The notes beneath the pieces are model-generated. The model made no database searches. It worked only from the letters and a program-made list of their open reading frames with translations, and had not been told where the DNA came from. DNA of 37,820 bases, from IMG/VR virus record IMGVR_UViG_3300014927_000119. One strand, given 5' to 3'. A program made the position numbers and the translations under genes. Positions 36,921-37,820 of the stretch are shown piece after piece. Each line of letters starts with the position of its first letter. Position 1 is the first letter of the stretch. This DNA comes from a virus. Taxonomy: Duplodnaviria > Heunggongvirae > Uroviricota > Caudoviricetes.

Positions 36921-37820
36921 ATGGCAGAATTTCCCGCCAGCTTACTGATTCTTAATGGCAAAAGTACTGACAATTTACCATTGCGCGAAGCAATTATGCT
37001 GTTGCGTGAGGAAGGAATGACGATCCATGTGCGGGTCACCTGGGAGAAAGGCGATGCCGCACGATATGTAGAGGAGGCCCGGAAGTTGGGCGTCGCAACG
37101 GTGATTGCCGGTGGTGGCGATGGCACCATTAATGAAGTTTCTACGGCGTTGATTCAGTGTGAGGGGGATGACATACCCGCGCTAGGAATTTTGCCATTAG
37201 GAACCGCCAATGATTTTGCCACCAGTGTAAGGATTCCTGAGGCACTGGATAAGGCGCTGAAACTGGCAATTGCCGGTGACGCCATTGCGATAGATATGGC
37301 GCAGGTCAACAAACAAACCTGTTTTATTAATATGGCGACAGGCGGATTTGGGACGCGTATTACCACAGAAACGCCGGAAAAATTAAAAGCCGCGCTGGGT
37401 GGCGTCTCTTACATCATTCATGGCTTAATGCGCATGGATACTCTGCAACCGGACCGTTGTGAGATCCGCGGTGAAAACTTTCACTGGCAAGGTGACGCCC
37501 TGGTCATTGGTATTGGTAACGGGCGTCAGGCCGGTGGCGGTCAGCAATTGTGCCCGAACGCGTTAATTAACGATGGCTTGCTGCAACTGCGCATTTTTAC
37601 CGGCGATGAAATTCTTCCGGCTCTCGTATCAACATTAAAATCTGACGAAGATAACCCGAATATTATCGAAGGCGCTTCGTCGTGGTTTGATATACAAGCC
37701 CCACACGAAATCACTTTTAATCTTGATGGCGAACCGTTGAGCGGACAAAACTTTCATATTGAAATACTTCCGGCGGCGTTGCGTTGTCGATTACCACCAG
37801 ATTGCCCATTGTTGCGTTAA
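36921..37820 (+). CDS. yegS: YegS, lipid kinase (DAG-kinase-like catalytic domain; host gene)
   Basis: 299 aa; GGGDGT motif ([12 protein letters not shown]); N-terminus [15 protein letters not shown] matches my recollection of YegS; stop at the window end. Confidence 0.9.
   Translation: MAEFPASLLILNGKSTDNLPLREAIMLLREEGMTIHVRVTWEKGDAARYVEEARKLGVATVIAGGGDGTINEVSTALIQCEGDDIPALGILPLGTANDFATSVRIPEALDKALKLAIAGDAIAIDMAQVNKQTCFINMATGGFGTRITTETPEKLKAALGGVSYIIHGLMRMDTLQPDRCEIRGENFHWQGDALVIGIGNGRQAGGGQQLCPNALINDGLLQLRIFTGDEILPALVSTLKSDEDNPNIIEGASSWFDIQAPHEITFNLDGEPLSGQNFHIEILPAALRCRLPPDCPLLR

Noticed and set aside
1-37820. CRISPR arrays, tRNA/rRNA genes, IS elements or transposases
   Set aside because: No regularly spaced short direct repeats, no tRNA-like sequence at the att sites (the target is the cyaR sRNA), and no transposase-like ORF; the only mobile element is the prophage itself.

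Overview
The window is an Escherichia-type chromosomal segment (yegQ at the left edge, yegR-yegS at the right edge) carrying a complete P2-like temperate prophage of about 34.5 kb, integrated in the 3' end of the cyaR sRNA gene. It is bounded by 27-bp att core repeats at 1507-1533 and 36004-36030. Gene order is P2-like throughout: attL, ogr, D, U, T, E/E', FII, FI, [cargo slot 1], G, H, I, J, W, V, S, R, lysC/B/A, K, Y, X, L, M, N, O, then P, Q, cos, [cargo slot 2], A, small early ORFs, B, cox, then C, int, attR. The two places where P2 carries Z/fun and tin/old hold different, visibly AT-rich cargo. Slot 1 (8239-10252) has two convergent orphan ORFs. Slot 2 (25528-28949) has a tightly coupled three-gene operon ending in a 673-aa SMC/Rad50-like ATPase (Walker A, long coiled coil with a central CPTCG hook-like motif, Walker B); this is the strongest candidate for an anti-phage defence system, either Lamassu-like or undescribed. 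A PP-loop (SGGKDS) PAPS-reductase-like gene sits between the small early ORFs and gene A, which I believe is an insertion relative to P2. All calls rest on reading the ORF translations and the nucleotide sequence; no database search or computation was run.
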